Source: Azolla caroliniana
Lineage: Eukaryota > Plantae > Polypodiophyta
DNA length: 64,000 nt
Reading direction: 5' to 3'
Assembly: GCA_043228905.1 (NCBI GenBank)
Contig: JBHGNT010000011.1
Location: 5,208,001 to 5,272,000 of the forward strand
Shown here in pieces: positions 60,301-64,000 of the stretch; within the stretch, counting starts at the first letter, position 1, and every line of letters starts with the position of its first letter. The notes beneath the pieces were generated by a model, which saw nothing but the letters and a program-made list of their open reading frames with translations, was not told where the DNA came from and searched no databases. The position numbers and the translations under genes are program-made.

Positions 60301-62120
60301 ATCCATTTTTGTTTGGGACAAGAGCTCTCTCTTGCTCCTTTCGTGATTCAATAGCACAATCAGGAATTGAATAGTTTTGTCTCCGCTTTGGCTCTGAATC
60401 CGTGCAAAAGCTGCTCCGCTATCGAGCACCTTTGTTTCCATCTACAAATCCGTGATAAAGGGTTGCCCAACTATTATGGAATGTGAGATCGCATCTTGCA
60501 TGAAGAAATATTGATCAATCTCCACATCTCTTATCTTCATCATCATATCCAGACAAGCAACAAATAAATCGTTTGTTGCTTTAGTGGCGGCCTGAATCTT
60601 CCATCCGTGATTGGTGTTTATAGGCCACTTCTGCTTCTGGTAGAACTCCATGGACATCAGATTGATCTCCGATCCATGATCAATCAACACAACTACGGGC
60701 TCTTTGATGTTTCCAATTCGGACCGGAGTCTCCGTAGTTGCTCGTGCACAGTGTGGCTTTGTGTAGTGAGAGTTCGGAATCTCATCCTCCACTTCCGTGT
60801 CATTCATTAGAACGGTATTCGCATTCACCCTTGGAGCATTTGATTCCTCTATAGCTTTCCTCTTTCCTTTCACAAGATCCACGAGGAGATCATGGAACTC
60901 TTTCTTTGCTATTCCGAGCAATTCCCGGAGGGAAAATTCCACCCGACTATGAAGGATTCTTTCTTCGAACACTTTCTTTAGGTGTGTCTGTTGTTCCATG
61001 TCCAAGGTGAGTTTGAATGCTGGAGTCGTTTTCCCTTTTCCTCTCCCTTTGGAATTCCAACTCTCTGGCATCTTAGATGGTCCAGCCGCATAATTTGTGC
61101 GCCGTCATTTCACATCTACATACACCTCATGTAATTGACATAAGGTGTATATGCTATTTTTATCTACAGGGCACACCCATCCCATAGCTTCTTGGATGCC
61201 TTCCATCCCATAGCTCCGAATTTCATCAGAATTGGTTTTCTCCTTGATTTCTAGCACCTCTGGCCAGAAAGTCGACTTCGCTTTAGATGTCTCACCCACA
61301 CATATTTCCGCGGTTGTCACATAATTACTTTTTGCCGCTATCTCCTCCTCTAGGACCTTCTTCATGCCGCCTTTTCAGAAGTTCAGTCTCTATGGCTTCC
61401 GAGAATCCATCGAATGGATCCGATTTCCCTCATAGAGCCTCCTTGTGCTCATCGCAATCTTTCTGATCATGTTCGGTGCTATCGCACCATATGCATCAAC
61501 GGTCCTTATACTTGGAACTTGTGGGACGGTCTTCTGACTTCTTCACCATTGTGATTTTGAGATTCTCCAACTCCTTTAGCAACTGCTCCACCGTGGTTGT
61601 ATCGATTCCCTTCTCGGTCGTAGTCTCTTGAGCCCATGGTTGATGGTCTTCCAATCCGGTTCTTGGTCTCGGAATTGGTTCCAAAACTCTCTTTTCTTCA
61701 TTAACTTCAGCCCCTTGTCTTGTGTTTCAACCCAATCTTTGAATCCCCTCCACATTGCATTGGAGGAGTTCTCGATAGCGAATGTAGTCTTCAACGCTTC
61801 TTCAAACACCACCCACGTCAGATTTTGTTGTTGTATCTCATGGATACTCTCTTTAAGCCCATCTGTAGCCACCCAATTGAAGGATGTCACTTGCAATCCT
61901 TCCGATATCCCACATCGCAACATCTCTGCTTTGTATTTCCGTAGATAACGTGACACATCCTTCCCGTTGAATTGCTCATTCTGTTGCACGAGCCGCTCTA
62001 CTGCCGTCGCAATCTCCAACATTGCGCGTTGTTCTTGTAGCATACGCTCGAACATCTTCATCATGTTGTAAACCTCTTGTTGATTTTCCATCTCCTTGCC
62101 ACCTATGTTCACGTTCGGTT

Positions 62121-62868
62121 CTTGTCGGCATTGGATCATTGCGTGAGTCAGGCGGGAACTACCAAGGTTTTGGACTAAGAGGAGGAGAATTCAAAGGCAG
62201 ATAAGAATATGAGATTGGAAGAGAAAGAATTAGACACCTCATGAATCCCTCAAGTGTGTTATATTAGATTAATCAATCCTTAGAATCCTAATAGTATAAT
62301 GGAATAGATAGAAGAAAAACCATGAAATACATGTGTGTAATGTAATAGATTAATATTTAGAAACCCAAAAAATCATCAATCCCTACATTTTGCTTCCCCC
62401 ATCCTTATATAGTGATGGGAGAGATAAAATATATATTGCTACATGCAAGCATGATGCTTTTCTCTAACTCGAGTGTTCATGCACACTAGATGTGCATGAT
62501 TAGTTTTTTTTATTTTTATCATACTTTTCTTTTAACTCAAGTGTTCATGCACATTAGATGTACATGAATAACTTTCTCTATCACGCCTTTTCTTTTACTC
62601 GAGTGTGTATGCATGAATAACCCTTTCTATCATGCTTAACTAGAATATTTACGTGGAATAACTTTTGTCTAACTAGAATCTATAACTTTAATACTCATAA
62701 TGTGTTAGTACAATGGTGAGGCATGAAATTGTTAACATGGAGGTACAGGGTTCAAATCCTGCCCTATGCATGTAAACATAATTATTAGTATTTTCTCATA
62801 TTTCTTTATACTTAGTTAATCGGGTACTCCTTATATATTTCATGTAGTATACGAAGTATACTATGACA
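62121..62868 (-). repeat. 5' LTR of element C (U5 tip and part of the PBS deleted)
   Basis: Direct repeat of 37562-38324. Confidence 0.92.
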
Positions 62869-62930
62869 CCGTACGAGATGTACAGAGAGTTGAGTGTAAC
62901 GAGGGTGAAAGAGTAAAAGGTTGATGGGTA

Positions 62931-64000
62931 TGAATGAACATGAACATAGTGGCCCCTATACATAAAGGAGGGGACCCAATGGACCCAAATACATATAGCA
63001 CCATTATGATAGGTCATACACTCGTTAAACTATATGGTGCAGTAATGGAAGAAGTGCTCAGCGATTATATGGAAACATCAAGTCTTCGAGCACCTGAGCA
63101 GCCTGGATTTAGACGAGCCATCTCCACTATTGACCATATCCTCACACCTAGGTGCTTAATTGATTAGACAAAGGATCGTAAGAAGAAATTGTATTGTTGC
63201 TTTGTGGACTTCCGCAAAGTCTTTGACACAGTTCTGAGGGAGAGGTTGTTTGATAGACTTAAAAGCTTGGAGATACCAAATGACATTATCTGGGCCATTT
63301 ACGCTTTGTATGAGCAAGTATCTAGGTGCGTAAGATGCACATGTAGCCTATCCGATTGCTTCATCAATACCATTGGTGTAAAACAGGGTTTCCCCCTATT
63401 ATCGACTCTTTTTGGGATCTACATTGATGAGATCACTGATTTTATTGCTTGTAAGGGAGGCAATGGAGTAGCTATTGGGGGTACGCAAGTTGGACTCTTA
63501 CTCTACGCAGACGACATCGTCTTGCTATCAAAGTCTGAACACGACCTACAAAAGCATCTTAATGCCCTAGATGACTTTTGCACACAATGAGGATTGGTAG
63601 TGAATCTAGCAAAAACTAAAGTCCTAACCTTTCATACATCATCATGAGCTAGGAGTAAATGTCACCTACTCCTCTCTCATAAACTAGTTGAGGTAGTCGG
63701 ATCATATATATATTTGGGAGTCACTTTTAGTGCTTGTTCAGGTAAATTCTCGATGACCCAAGCAGCCAAAGATAGGCTAACAAGAGGGTATGCATCCCTC
63801 TCACTTTTAGAGAGACAATGCCACCATGCATACTTTCAAGAGCCACGAACTAAGGGATGGCGCTTTGATTCATTAGTGACCCCTTCCCTCATTTATGCAT
63901 CAGTAGTATGGGCTCCAGGTTTACCATCTTTCATGTGGATGCAATTAGAGAGACCTTTGGTGATGATGCTATCACGTCAACTCCGAAGCAAATCGACAGT
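62931..64000 (+). mobile_element. 5'-truncated LINE RT fragment, same clade as the LINE at 380-5075; runs off the window
   Basis: PIHKGGDP, CFVDFRKVFDTV, GVKQGFPL, LLYADDIVL, YIYLGV. Confidence 0.92.

Larger units (their letters stand above)
37562..62868 (-). mobile_element. Degenerate full-length Ty3/Gypsy element (C) hosting an 18.5-kb nested stack
   Basis: LTRs 37562-38324 and ~62121-62868. TSD CTGT/CCGT. Gag-PR ~60297-62091; RT/RH/INT 57731-60290 and 38330-39240. Eroded tRNA-Trp PBS near 62108-62120. Confidence 0.93.

Overview
Land-plant nuclear DNA, most likely from a seed-free plant such as a fern (inferred from the TE lineages, TTTAGGG repeats and a plastid ndhC fragment). The only host gene is the 5' part of an AP-4 complex mu subunit gene (minus strand, six coding exons at 8768-5875; it continues out of the window across an intronic LINE). 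From about 9.8 kb onward the window is a stack of nested transposons: a MULE split by an RT-less Copia, other Copia relics, a Tcn1-like chromovirus, several Ty3/Gypsy elements, solo LTRs, one intact and very young Gypsy element (48672-56236) and a second LINE. The most unusual signals are: (1) tRNA-like Pol III A-box/B-box modules at the same antisense U3 position in LTRs of several Gypsy families; (2) a Gypsy element with a sense-strand tRNA 3' end (an inverted PBS) where its PPT should be; (3) a Gypsy lineage whose 4-bp TSDs are all centred on CG; (4) a conserved -1 frameshift pseudoknot after the protease; (5) a 32-bp micro-LTR with a TSD. All calls were made by eye and no database searches were run.
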